DNA of 64,000 nt, taken from positions 2,464,001 through 2,528,000 of the forward strand of contig OZ271918.1 of assembly GCA_965602015.1 (NCBI GenBank), in the 5' to 3' direction. The DNA is from Salinispira sp. (lineage in GTDB: Bacteria > Spirochaetota > Spirochaetia > DSM-27196 > Salinispiraceae). A model generated the notes under the pieces. It was not told the origin of the DNA. It saw only the letters and a program-made list of their open reading frames with translations, and did no database searches. The position numbers and the translations under genes are program-made. Shown piece after piece: positions 10,537 to 20,053 of the stretch. Positions within the stretch are counted from its first letter, which is position 1. Every line of letters starts with the position of its first letter.

Positions 10537-12588
10537 TTACATTCTGCTGTTCAAACTAGAAAACTTAACGCTCACCACAAACTCCTGGGCAGCCCCGGGT
10601 TCGAGGTCAAGGGCTATGAGGGGAAGGAAGCAGGAAGCCTGATAGATTTCCCTCCACCGTTCCCGGTCCAAATGCTCGGTAATCTGGGGAATGCTCCAAC
10701 AGGGACAGCCGCTGCTGAATTCCAGCTCGATGCGAGTTTTATTGAACAGGTCCTCCAGGATGAAGCCCTGAGATTCTTCTATTTCGAGAGCCGACGGACC
10801 AATCTCAACTTTCTTGCTTTTATTGAGCCGATTATACAGCCTGAGGTATTGGACGTCGTTAGAGATAAAACTGAAGTTCATTTCCGGGGTAAAATTGCAT
10901 CGAAGGCTCTTCTGCCCCTGATTTTCGATGACATAGGCGACGGAAAAACTCTTGCGGTTGTCAAAGCGGTAGGTCTTGCTGATTTTTACCGGATGCGGTT
11001 CGTGATCGATCTGAACATCCCCGGTGGCGCTTAGGGGAAGCTCGAGTTTCTTGAGCACATTTCCGCCGCCTCCCTCTATCTCATACGGCAGCTCGGGGAA
11101 TTTGGATGAATCTTCGAAGCTCATGGACTGGAACTGATCAATCGTAACCTGGGGAGAGAGAAAATGGTCCACGAATCCCCGTCGGGGATAGTTGTCGTAT
11201 CCCCGGGACTCCTGAACAGGACCGTGATACACCTCCGGATAGCGCCCCATGTTATCGAGGTAGTTCCAGGGAGCCGGAAGGTAATCCAATTCGAAGAGAA
11301 TGCCCCCCTGGGAATGAATGTAGGCATTCATCTGATTCCCTTGAAAAAGGTATTCGTCGATTCCGTCCATATCAAAATCAAAGCTGCTGATGGATGCCGC
11401 GAAGATACCCCGCTCGCGGGTGAGGTTTTCCGAGCGGATGAGGGCCGAATAGAGCTCTTTGCGGTAGTTGTTGAAGTAGACCCCACCCCGCTCGCCGTGC
11501 CAGAACGGCAGATGGGACTGTCCATGCCACAGTTCTTCGCGGGCGGCCAGCTTGCGGTACTTATCACCCCGAATCTGAGAGGTGAGGCTCTGAACGTACT
11601 GCATTTTGCTGTACATCAGATTGACTTCCCAGTACCTCCCGAGGTTCTGACGAAAAATGCTACCGTAATAATATCCGGTTCGCCCCACCCCCGAGGTGAT
11701 GGTTCCCTTGCGCCGCAAATAGCGCTCAAGGGCTGATATGGAACCGTATGCCTGCATTTCATCGAAGCTGGTGGCGGGAAAATACCCCCGGGACCGGGCT
11801 CGGGGTTTACGCAGATACCGGGATGGAAGCAAGGTCTCGATTCTGCCGTCGGCGATCATGGATTCGAGGCGGTTCATTAGCCGTTCGAGATGGTCTTCCA
11901 CAGAGGAAGGGTCGAGCGTCCCGTCCTCAGCATCATGATGCACTTCATGCAACAGGCTGATCACCTGATCCTCCCGTTCATCGGGCACCTGATCAATCAG
12001 CCGGATTATTTCATCGGGAGACATGTTCCAGAAATTCTGGCGCACCTCATGCGACGCCGGAAAGACCAGCATGGTTTTCCCCTGGTCTTCGGTGATGCAG
12101 GGGGTGAAGAAATCCCGTTCCTCGAAACCGGCCTTCCAAAAGTGATATTCGTCGAGGAAGAGATAGTCCATTCCGGCGGCTTTGAAACTGGATGGCAGCA
12201 CGGGTTCCCAAATTTGCTCCGTCACCCAACAGCCTCGGGGACGCCTGCCGAAATTCCGGCGAAGGTAGGTGGTCAGCTGTTCTATCTGGCCGATGCGGTC
12301 CTGCTTGGGAATAAGACTGAACACCGGAGCGTAATAGCCACCGCCCAGCATTTCCAGCTGACGGCGCTTGGCCATTTCGACCATCACGTCTATGAATTCC
12401 GAGTGATTCTCTTCAATCCATTCCAGGAGGCTCCCGGAAAAGTAGGCGACAAACTTTACCGCCGGATGGGCGTACATCACTTTGAGCAGCGGTCGGTAAT
12501 ACGACTGATAGAGATTCTCCATCTCATCCTTGATGAGACCGATGGGAGCTGCGTGGACACTGCCAAAAATGATGTTCGTCTGCTTCAT
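10537..12588 (-). CDS. GH57 alpha-amylase/4-alpha-glucanotransferase-like protein (GH57 + DUF1925 + DUF1926)
   Basis: SG.LLEW, E.LGGGYYAP, GCWVTEQIWEP, FRQNL..Y.E.N.M, WHG..GGVY, DFDMDG.DE motifs. Confidence 0.85.
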   Translation of the reverse strand: MKQTNIIFGSVHAAPIGLIKDEMENLYQSYYRPLLKVMYAHPAVKFVAYFSGSLLEWIEENHSEFIDVMVEMAKRRQLEMLGGGYYAPVFSLIPKQDRIGQIEQLTTYLRRNFGRRPRGCWVTEQIWEPVLPSSFKAAGMDYLFLDEYHFWKAGFEERDFFTPCITEDQGKTMLVFPASHEVRQNFWNMSPDEIIRLIDQVPDEREDQVISLLHEVHHDAEDGTLDPSSVEDHLERLMNRLESMIADGRIETLLPSRYLRKPRARSRGYFPATSFDEMQAYGSISALERYLRRKGTITSGVGRTGYYYGSIFRQNLGRYWEVNLMYSKMQYVQSLTSQIRGDKYRKLAAREELWHGQSHLPFWHGERGGVYFNNYRKELYSALIRSENLTRERGIFAASISSFDFDMDGIDEYLFQGNQMNAYIHSQGGILFELDYLPAPWNYLDNMGRYPEVYHGPVQESRGYDNYPRRGFVDHFLSPQVTIDQFQSMSFEDSSKFPELPYEIEGGGGNVLKKLELPLSATGDVQIDHEPHPVKISKTYRFDNRKSFSVAYVIENQGQKSLRCNFTPEMNFSFISNDVQYLRLYNRLNKSKKVEIGPSALEIEESQGFILEDLFNKTRIELEFSSGCPCWSIPQITEHLDRERWREIYQASCFLPLIALDLEPGAAQEFVVSVKFSSLNSRM

Positions 12589-12683
12589 GTAGTCGCGTTG
12601 ATGCCTTTGGCATCTATCCTATCAAAACGATTGTACTGTCTGTTCTCTCATATCTCAATGATATTCCGCGAATTTATCAGCTC

Positions 12684-13256
12684 CTATACGGGAAAAACGC
12701 TTTGGTGTACGGCGTAGATTACCAGGGCGAACAGGCCAAGGGAAAGTAGGAGTATGGAGCCCCCCTTCAGGCGATACCGGCTGTTCTCCAGGGTAATCCG
12801 CTTGCGGATGAGGGTAAAAAGACCCATGGCTATACCGTAGCCCGCCCAGGAGGCGAACAGCATGAGCATGAGCTCCCAGGGACGCATGTGACGGTAACCG
12901 GCAATCAAAACGGGAATAAAAACCATGGGGTGCCGAATGACGTCATCAATAATGCCGATATCAATTGCGGAGGACTCCCGTCCCCCGGCTATGAGCACGA
13001 GCAGGCCCCGGACGCCCAGAAACAGCAGAACAAACAACAGGATAAAAAACGGCTGGCCGCCGGGAATGAGGCCGATGATACGGTTCACGGAAAATGCGGC
13101 CCAACCCGCAACGAGCAGCAGAAGCCCCCGGCGAAGCCAGAGCCTAAAGGCAGGCTCGGAAGTCCCGTCGGACATGATGTCCCCAACACCGGCGATAAAA
13201 TAGACAAAGAGATTAAGAGAGAACGCGAAGGTGGTGATTATCTGCCAGTCACTCAT
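12684..13256 (-). CDS. rnfA: RnfA/RsxA-like membrane subunit (divergent)
   Basis: Last gene of the rnf-like operon. Hydrophobic, with a C-terminus like RnfA (GYGIAMGLF..IRKRI...LKG.SI.LLSLGLFAL). ATG at 13256 overlaps the rnfE stop. Confidence 0.6.
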   Translation of the reverse strand: MSDWQIITTFAFSLNLFVYFIAGVGDIMSDGTSEPAFRLWLRRGLLLLVAGWAAFSVNRIIGLIPGGQPFFILLFVLLFLGVRGLLVLIAGGRESSAIDIGIIDDVIRHPMVFIPVLIAGYRHMRPWELMLMLFASWAGYGIAMGLFTLIRKRITLENSRYRLKGGSILLLSLGLFALVIYAVHQSVFPV

Positions 13257-13834
13257 GATACCGCCTTTGAGAAGAGGGCTCTGCAATATGCGATCAGGAA
13301 CAAGAGACCAAATCCGCTGGAAAAAATCATAAAGGGACCGGCCTGGTTGGAGCTTGCTCTCCATGGCGAAATGTTCAGATCCAGGCCTCCGAATGCCAAA
13401 AACTCCCGCACTGCGGCGATGAGCAGAAACACCGCCAAAAAGCCCAGGAGCCTGCCGTAGAGCGTTGCTACAGGAGAGGAGCTGCGCTCCTGCCCCGGGA
13501 ATAAGGCGATGTACATGGGCGTGGCGGCGAGGGTCAGGGGGAGCAGTATTCCCATGTCCGCCCTGATGAGGGGCACGGTCGCCGTAATAATCAAATCCCC
13601 GAGCGCAATAAAAACCGCCGCCATGAGCAACTTCGCCGTAAAATGCAGGGATTTGTGCATATATCTTTCGATTAGCCAGATGATTAGCGCCATAAGAGAG
13701 AAATACGCGAGATAAAAGCCGGAAAAAACCACTGCGTATATAAGCCTGTTGCTCATCAGGAGGATAGGGCCGATACCGAGATAGGCGCCGAGAATGGGGT
13801 TGTCCCGAAAAAGACCCTTTGTAAATTCATTCAT
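13253..13834 (-). CDS. rnfE: RnfE/RsxE-like membrane subunit (divergent)
   Basis: KGLFRDNP.L...LG.GP, LIAAVRE.LAFG, SGFGLL motifs. TGATG overlap with the upstream gene. Confidence 0.75.
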   Translation of the reverse strand: MNEFTKGLFRDNPILGAYLGIGPILLMSNRLIYAVVFSGFYLAYFSLMALIIWLIERYMHKSLHFTAKLLMAAVFIALGDLIITATVPLIRADMGILLPLTLAATPMYIALFPGQERSSSPVATLYGRLLGFLAVFLLIAAVREFLAFGGLDLNISPWRASSNQAGPFMIFSSGFGLLFLIAYCRALFSKAVS

Positions 13835-14340
13835 CAGCGATACTCTCCTGCGAGGGAAATCAGCCTGGTCAGTTCCCTCGCCCATTTGCGGAGATCAGAC
13901 TGCTGATAGATAAACGTGCCTGAGGAATCCTCGGAAAACTCCGGTTGCACAGTGGACAGCATGCTCTCGGCATATCCGTTTCCTCGGTCCCAACCGTTAA
14001 CCGGGTTATCAACGGAGACCACCGCATGGGAACGGTACTCTCCCATAGGGCCCAACCTGATAAGCACGTGCATATCCACCAGGTCGATGGCGGTGCGAAC
14101 CTCATACAAGGATCCGCCGTCGTCGAGCTCGTATTTAGTTCTCAGCGGGCCGTCGTTGAGCTGACGCTCCCCCCGTATGCGTGCGTCCTCCAAAATGAAT
14201 TCAAAGGCGCTGCTTCGTAACCGGGCGCCGTTAAATTCGGCGGTTTCCCTCAATAAGAGATACGCGCCGATAGGCACGGCGGTGACCACCAAAAGCAGGA
14301 TAAATATTTGCAGAATCAGCAAAGCGGTGTCGCGTTTCAT
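13834..14340 (-). CDS. RnfG-position membrane-anchored periplasmic protein (divergent)
   Basis: Single N-terminal TM helix; sits between rnfD and rnfE; no recognisable SGAT flavinylation motif. Confidence 0.5.
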   Translation of the reverse strand: MKRDTALLILQIFILLLVVTAVPIGAYLLLRETAEFNGARLRSSAFEFILEDARIRGERQLNDGPLRTKYELDDGGSLYEVRTAIDLVDMHVLIRLGPMGEYRSHAVVSVDNPVNGWDRGNGYAESMLSTVQPEFSEDSSGTFIYQQSDLRKWARELTRLISLAGEYR

Positions 14341-15503
14341 CGTTTGCCCCCTTGCTGGGCGGCAAAACGATGAAATCCGAACGGACGACGCCGGCTTATC
14401 ATAATAATGAGGGGATTGGCCAGATTCATCAGCAACAGGGCGGCGGCTGATCCGTCGGACAGCATGGTGAACTCCCGCAGCAGAAACGCCAGCGCTCCGA
14501 ATCCCGCGCCGAATATCAGCTTCCCCCGGGATGTATAGGGAGTGGTTACCGGATCGCTGGCGACGAAGAACAGGATGAACAGGAAGCTGCCGCTGCTCAA
14601 GGCGAACAATACATCACCTCCGAACACATCCGCCCCCCAGTGCACTCCCGCAAAAAGAAAGCTTAGAAGGCCCATGCTGAGCACCCCCGACAGGGGAATC
14701 TGCCAACTTATGATTCCCCTTGCAAAAAGCATCACCGAAGCCAGCAGTATGAGCAGAACGGATGTACTGCCCAATGCCCCGTAGCGAAAGCCGATGAGAT
14801 AGTCGATGTAACCCTCGGGAATTATGCTCCCAAGGGGAACGAAAATTCTGTCATTGAGAAACCGGAGCAGCAGTTCGTCCGCCGTAGAACCCTGGAACCC
14901 CAGGAATTGAAGGGGGCGGAGAACCGCTGGACTTCCGTTTTCCATGAGGCGCATCTTCAGGAGAACCAAGTCACCGGCTGCCCGGTATCCCCCGGGGTTC
15001 CAGCCGATGCCGCTGATAAGGCTTCGGCCCCAGTCGCCATAGGCGAACCCCGCCGGCCAGCTGATCTGGACGAAGAGGGTCCCGGCGACGGCGGGATGAA
15101 GCCAGTTACTGCCGAAGCCTCCGAAGCTCCACTTGATCACCAAAACCGCGAAAAAACCCGCAAGGGCCGGAACCGCCGGATGAACGGTTACCGGCAAAAG
15201 CAGGGCGATGAGCGATCCGCTGAGAATGCTGCTGCCGTCGGCCAAACTCTCCCTGAATTTCGAAGGAAAGCTAGGCGCGGGAAACACAAGGAGCACGGCG
15301 ATGGCCTCGGCAACAATCACCGAGGAAAGGCTGACTATCATTTGCAGCAGACCCCGGCTCCCGAAGGCCAGCACGCCCCAGGCAAACGGCAACAGAAGAA
15401 CCGCATTCCAAATCCACATGGCCCTGATGCTGGTAATCGCCCCGGAATAATGAGGCAGCCCCGCGCGTGACAGGTCACGGGGCAGATTAATTCGTCGCGT
15501 CAT
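14337..15503 (-). CDS. rnfD: RnfD/RsxD-like membrane subunit
   Basis: DGS.ILSG.LIALLLP, K..FGGFGSN.LHPA, GALGSTS, F.ASDPVTTP motifs. Start ATG 15503 with GGGGAG SD. Confidence 0.85.
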   Translation of the reverse strand: MTRRINLPRDLSRAGLPHYSGAITSIRAMWIWNAVLLLPFAWGVLAFGSRGLLQMIVSLSSVIVAEAIAVLLVFPAPSFPSKFRESLADGSSILSGSLIALLLPVTVHPAVPALAGFFAVLVIKWSFGGFGSNWLHPAVAGTLFVQISWPAGFAYGDWGRSLISGIGWNPGGYRAAGDLVLLKMRLMENGSPAVLRPLQFLGFQGSTADELLLRFLNDRIFVPLGSIIPEGYIDYLIGFRYGALGSTSVLLILLASVMLFARGIISWQIPLSGVLSMGLLSFLFAGVHWGADVFGGDVLFALSSGSFLFILFFVASDPVTTPYTSRGKLIFGAGFGALAFLLREFTMLSDGSAAALLLMNLANPLIIMISRRRPFGFHRFAAQQGGKR

Positions 15504-16818
15504 TGTTCTCCCCCAGATTCTGAACCGCCACAATACCATCCCGGAGAATTCCCGTCAGGGGTATGCGCGATGGGCATACATGGGAGCACAGACCGCATAT
15601 CCGGCAGGCCATTAAGCCGGCCTGCCGGGCTTCGGGCAGGCGGTTTTGCTTGAGAAGTTTGTGCAGGGTAACCGGTTCGATATCCGCCGGACAGCTTTCA
15701 ACGCAAAGCCCGCAGTGGATGCAGGGCTGCTCCTGGGCCTCACCGAGCTCCTCAGCGGTAAGAACGGTGACCGATGCAATCTGCTTGGTTACCGGGGTGT
15801 TCAAATCAGTGACTTCGTATCCCTGGAGGGGGTTACCCGCAAGAACTTTTGCGGCAGAGTCCAGATTTTCTCCCAGTTCCTCGAAAACCGCGGCCAGACT
15901 TGTCCCGATTCGCACCCTGACTGTTCGGGTTTTTTTAATGGCTCCCCCGCCCACCGTAATAAGGCGGTCCACCAGGGCCTTGCCCAGGGCGACGGCTTCG
16001 AACAAGGCATGCACAGTGGACACGGCAAATACCCCGGCGCCGGAGCTGGCGTAGCTGTCCTCGGGAAGCAGTTCCTTACCGGTGACCATGTGAATAAGCT
16101 CCAGGGGGTCGCCGGCGCTGTAGCTGTCTCTCAGGGGGTGGAATTTGATTCTTAATCCCGCCTTCGCCGCTTCCTGTCGAACAGCATGAACATAAGGCCG
16201 GTAGCGGCGGGTGTAGACAAAATACACATCATCGCTTGAGAGTATCTTCTGCAGCATCTGAATGCCCTTGAGAATTTCAGCGGGGTTTTCCCTGCACAGT
16301 CGAAGCTCGGACGCGCTGAACGGTGCTCCGCTGGCAGCGTTTATAATGATAGAGCCCGCTCCGTGTTTGCGCAGCTCCTTCAGCATGCTGCCCAGGGGTT
16401 CAGTGAAGCTGTCCATGTGCACCAGGCCCTTTTCGCTGATGCGGTCTATCAGCGCAAGGGGGCTGAGGGCTCGCCAATCGCTTTCGGTTTTTTGCTTACC
16501 GAGATAATCGAACTGTCCCCGGAGTTTTATCGACACCGCGGGGCAGCGCTGACCGCTGGGCAGATCGATGTCCACCAGTCCCTGCACCACTCCGGGTATG
16601 GGAGAGTGAACCCCGGCTCCATCGGATTCCGATGCCCGGCCGATGAGAAGGCCCTCTCTGACTTCATCGCCCAGATTCACCAGGGCCGTCGCCGATTCGC
16701 CCTGATGCTGAAGAAGGGGCACCACCGCCTCGGCGGGCAGACTGGCCTGCCAAATGGGCTGGGAAAAATCCTTGTCGACTATACCGTAAGGCCTGACGCC
16801 TTTGTTGCGCAATTTCAA
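15487..16818 (-). CDS. rnfC: RnfC/RsxC-like electron transport subunit
   Basis: PLLQH.G...VHSPIPG.V barrel-sandwich domain, SLBB domain (VRIGT), two ferredoxin motifs (CIHCGLCVESCP, CRICGLCSHVCP). Probable TTG start at 16818 overlapping the upstream stop. Confidence 0.88.
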   Translation of the reverse strand: MKLRNKGVRPYGIVDKDFSQPIWQASLPAEAVVPLLQHQGESATALVNLGDEVREGLLIGRASESDGAGVHSPIPGVVQGLVDIDLPSGQRCPAVSIKLRGQFDYLGKQKTESDWRALSPLALIDRISEKGLVHMDSFTEPLGSMLKELRKHGAGSIIINAASGAPFSASELRLCRENPAEILKGIQMLQKILSSDDVYFVYTRRYRPYVHAVRQEAAKAGLRIKFHPLRDSYSAGDPLELIHMVTGKELLPEDSYASSGAGVFAVSTVHALFEAVALGKALVDRLITVGGGAIKKTRTVRVRIGTSLAAVFEELGENLDSAAKVLAGNPLQGYEVTDLNTPVTKQIASVTVLTAEELGEAQEQPCIHCGLCVESCPADIEPVTLHKLLKQNRLPEARQAGLMACRICGLCSHVCPSRIPLTGILRDGIVAVQNLGENNDATN

Positions 16819-18461
16819 CTGTGAGTTCTCCGTTTTTTGACCTTGGCCACCAGCCACCTCACCGGGGCGAACTGCCATCGCCCCAACCAGGGAAGGGCAA
16901 GTATGAAGAGGACCAGGACCTCAGGCACCAGATTCCACACATGGGGAACTACCAGCAGCCCGGATTCCGGTCGCACATCATACCACCTTTCCCCGTCGCT
17001 ATACAATCTAAGCATTGAACGGGGGTGGAGGTTCCGCCGCTGGGATTCTATCCAGTGTTCATCCACCCTGAAGACTTCTTCATCGAAGGAACGCAGGCTG
17101 TCTCCCGAGCGATCGAAGCGGGGCAGGTACACCGTTCCGTTTTCATATCTCCCGGCTCCCCCGGAACGGCCTACGCTCACAAAGGGATAGGCCTGCTGAT
17201 ATGCGTATTCGGCGAGGATTACCGCGGCGGGATAGGGCATCTGATCCGCCGGGTCCGCCGCGTCTATAGGGGAAATTCTTCGGGGAGCGGCGAACCGTTC
17301 CTCCAGCAGGGCAATTACCGAGGCCACGAGTTCCGGGGCATCCGACTGGCCTTCTCCATCATCAACGGCGGACTGAGGAGAAACCAGCTGCTGAGGGGCG
17401 ATGAACCTGGTGGGAAAGGGAGCGGAGTTCACCTGAAAAAGAAAGGGCAGCGAGAGGGAAAGCAGCAAAACCAAAATGAGAACCCCCCGTTCATTCCGGG
17501 CGGGTGTATGCCATGATGGTGTCAGGGGCTCGGGCACGAATAGTTCGTGTTCCCGCTCTGCGGCGACTTTGTACTCCCAGCGCAGGCGCCAGATCAGCAC
17601 CAGGGCAAAAATCAGAATCTGGGGCAGCACCAATAACCCCGCCGCGAGTCCGGGAAGGAAGGATATTCCGGCCAGCAACACTGTCAGCCCGATAACCCAG
17701 GCGCTCCGGTACGGTTCACAGCGCCGTATTAGCCCTGACAAAAATGCCGGCCACCTGCGAGGCGGGGGAAAATCCACGGATAGCGCGTTTTTATCGCTGA
17801 GAGAATCCCGATATGCCTGGGTCAGCCCGGCGCCGATCTCCTTGAGAGCGATGAACAGCACGCTCAGAGCCGCAAGGAACAGAGGGTTTTGAACCAGGTA
17901 CAGGGGAAACAGCAGGATGGTCACCGGCGCAGTCCAGTCGCGTTGACCGACAAAAACCAGCATGGCGAGGGCTGTTACAACCCACAGCAGCAGTCCGGCA
18001 AACCGGGGTAGATTTCTGTCCCGGTGGATAAAATAGTTTCGTGTTAGCTCATCGAGGACCGCTGAAATGTTCTCCGGGTCCCCGGGAACCATAATCAGTT
18101 GACCTTCTCCAAGGGGGGCGTCGAACTGGCTGAGCAGGAAAGCCCGATACGGGCTGAGGCGAAGATCATCGGCATCGAGGCGCAAATCCAAATCGTACAA
18201 CAGAACCGGGTCCACCGAAGCGCCCCGATTCAGCGGCATGCTGACCGATTCGCGCCAAAGAACCGGTCCGAGTCCGGCTTCCTCCAGGGCGTTCACCGCC
18301 CGGGGTGCTTCGTCTGCCAGTTCAACGATGGTGTATGGATATTCCTGAACTGCCGGGATGGCTGCGGGACTGATGCCGAGGATAAGATAGGCGGCTAAAG
18401 CGGAAAAACCCGCCAATAGGACGTGTAGAACGTACAGAAGAGGATTGCGGATCAGCTTCAT
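16815..18461 (-). CDS. Hypothetical multi-pass membrane protein
   Basis: 548-aa ORF with several hydrophobic segments, translationally coupled to neighbours on both sides. Confidence 0.65.
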   Translation of the reverse strand: MKLIRNPLLYVLHVLLAGFSALAAYLILGISPAAIPAVQEYPYTIVELADEAPRAVNALEEAGLGPVLWRESVSMPLNRGASVDPVLLYDLDLRLDADDLRLSPYRAFLLSQFDAPLGEGQLIMVPGDPENISAVLDELTRNYFIHRDRNLPRFAGLLLWVVTALAMLVFVGQRDWTAPVTILLFPLYLVQNPLFLAALSVLFIALKEIGAGLTQAYRDSLSDKNALSVDFPPPRRWPAFLSGLIRRCEPYRSAWVIGLTVLLAGISFLPGLAAGLLVLPQILIFALVLIWRLRWEYKVAAEREHELFVPEPLTPSWHTPARNERGVLILVLLLSLSLPFLFQVNSAPFPTRFIAPQQLVSPQSAVDDGEGQSDAPELVASVIALLEERFAAPRRISPIDAADPADQMPYPAAVILAEYAYQQAYPFVSVGRSGGAGRYENGTVYLPRFDRSGDSLRSFDEEVFRVDEHWIESQRRNLHPRSMLRLYSDGERWYDVRPESGLLVVPHVWNLVPEVLVLFILALPWLGRWQFAPVRWLVAKVKKRRTHS

Positions 18462-18919
18462 CTCGCGAGAAAACTCGCTGCCAGCGCAATACTTCCTCCG
18501 AGGAGAACACCGACCAGCACCTCGGGAGGCGTATGACCGTGAACCTCTTTGACTGGAGCGAAATCCACATCCTTCTGGGTCTCCAGACTTCGCCCGAGAC
18601 GATTCAGAGCCTGGGCCTGGCGGCCCGTCGAAAGCCGGACGCCTAGGGCGTCGCGGATTACCACAATGGCGAAGAACAGCGCCAGGGCGAACAAGGTGCT
18701 GTTTATGCCCTCGTTGAATGCGATGCTGACCGCGAGCGCCGTCACCAGCGCCGAATGGCTTGAAGGCATGCCTCCGGTTCGCCAGATGAGGCTGGCTATG
18801 ATGTCCGCGGGATTTCTCAGAACCTTTTTATAGAGCCCGTTGAGGATGGTCTTAATAAACTGGGCGCCGAACCAGCTCAGCAGCGCAGAAATGAAAACCG
18901 GATTTACCGATCGAAACAT
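18458..18919 (-). CDS. Divergent PAP2 family protein (DUF212)
   Basis: TGGMPSSHSALV, DALGVR..TG.QA..LN, GHTP.EV..G motifs. ATG 18919 with GGAG SD. Confidence 0.9.
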   Translation of the reverse strand: MFRSVNPVFISALLSWFGAQFIKTILNGLYKKVLRNPADIIASLIWRTGGMPSSHSALVTALAVSIAFNEGINSTLFALALFFAIVVIRDALGVRLSTGRQAQALNRLGRSLETQKDVDFAPVKEVHGHTPPEVLVGVLLGGSIALAASFLAR

Positions 18920-19047
18920 CTGTACTCCAGGGATTTTATTGGCAATATAATAGCACGCCAATGTAATATAATGTAAAGGGAAACAGTAATGCATCGGCGG
19001 TTCCGTCGGCGCTGGAATTTGCCCGGCTAAAGTGAGATATTCCTGCT

Positions 19048-19959
19048 ATGAGTAACAGCGGCGTGTTTAATACCATCCACAGGGTGTGGACCAAATCCAT
19101 TTGGAAGATGCGAGGCCTGAAGGTCTTTGCCCTTGTGGGAAAGAGCGGAACGGGCAAGAGTTTCCGCGCCGGTCTGATTGCGGAAAAATACAAAATCGAG
19201 GCCATAATCGATGACGGATTGCTCATCGAAAACAGCAGAATAGTAGCCGGACGATCGGCGAAAAAAGAAAAAGCCTACCTCACGGCGGTAAAAACCGCAC
19301 TGTTCACCGACCGGGAGCACCTGAAAGAGGTTAAACACCATCTCGAGCACAGCCATGTAAAAAAAATACTCATTCTGGGCACCAGTACAAAAATGATATT
19401 TAAGATCTGTCGTACCCTTCAACTGCCCGAACCGGCCAAGATCATACAGATTGAAGATATCGCCACGGCGGATGAAATTGAAACCGCCATTCATTACCGT
19501 AAGAACCACGGCAAACACGTCATACCCGTGCCGGCAATCGAGGTAAGACGGACCTACCCGAGAATCATGGCGGACTCGGTAAAAATCCTTTTCAGAAAGG
19601 GCCTGGGAGTGTTCGGAAAGCAGCACGAACTTGAGAAAACCGTGGTGCGCCCGGAGTTCTCCAGGAAAGGGGCGGTAAGCATCAGCGAAGCGGCCCTCAG
19701 CCAAATGATTCTGCACTGTATTCAGGAAAAGGCTCCGGGGGTCAGCATGCGCAAACTCATCGTAAAACAGGACAAGGGGGGGTATCACCTGGACGTCGGA
19801 CTGGCGGTCCCCTTCGAATACGAGCTGGCACACACGCTTCACAGCCTTCATGACTATGTCATCGATAAAATCGAGAAGTATACGGGGATAATCATTGAAG
19901 ATCTTCACATCAGCATCGACAGCATCGGTGAAACTGTGCGTAAAAGCGAAAAACGCTAA
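19048..19959 (+). CDS. P-loop ATP-binding protein fused to a C-terminal Asp23/Gls24-like domain
   Basis: ALVGKSGTGKSFRA, IIDDGLLI; C-terminal G.VSISE.AL.Q...IEKYTGI.IE.LHI.IDSI. Confidence 0.75.
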   Translation: MSNSGVFNTIHRVWTKSIWKMRGLKVFALVGKSGTGKSFRAGLIAEKYKIEAIIDDGLLIENSRIVAGRSAKKEKAYLTAVKTALFTDREHLKEVKHHLEHSHVKKILILGTSTKMIFKICRTLQLPEPAKIIQIEDIATADEIETAIHYRKNHGKHVIPVPAIEVRRTYPRIMADSVKILFRKGLGVFGKQHELEKTVVRPEFSRKGAVSISEAALSQMILHCIQEKAPGVSMRKLIVKQDKGGYHLDVGLAVPFEYELAHTLHSLHDYVIDKIEKYTGIIIEDLHISIDSIGETVRKSEKR

Positions 19960-20006
19960 AGTCCGGCGGCTATCTTACCGATGTTGTGTACGGGCACATA
20001 TAAAAT

Positions 20007-20035
20007 TTGAACAAACAATAGGTATATTCCATACT
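20007..20035 (+). promoter_or_regulatory. Putative sigma70 promoter
   Basis: TTGAAC-17 nt-CATACT upstream of the GGAGG SD of the 20054 gene. Confidence 0.55.
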
Positions 20036-20053
20036 GATAATCGGAGGTAAGGA

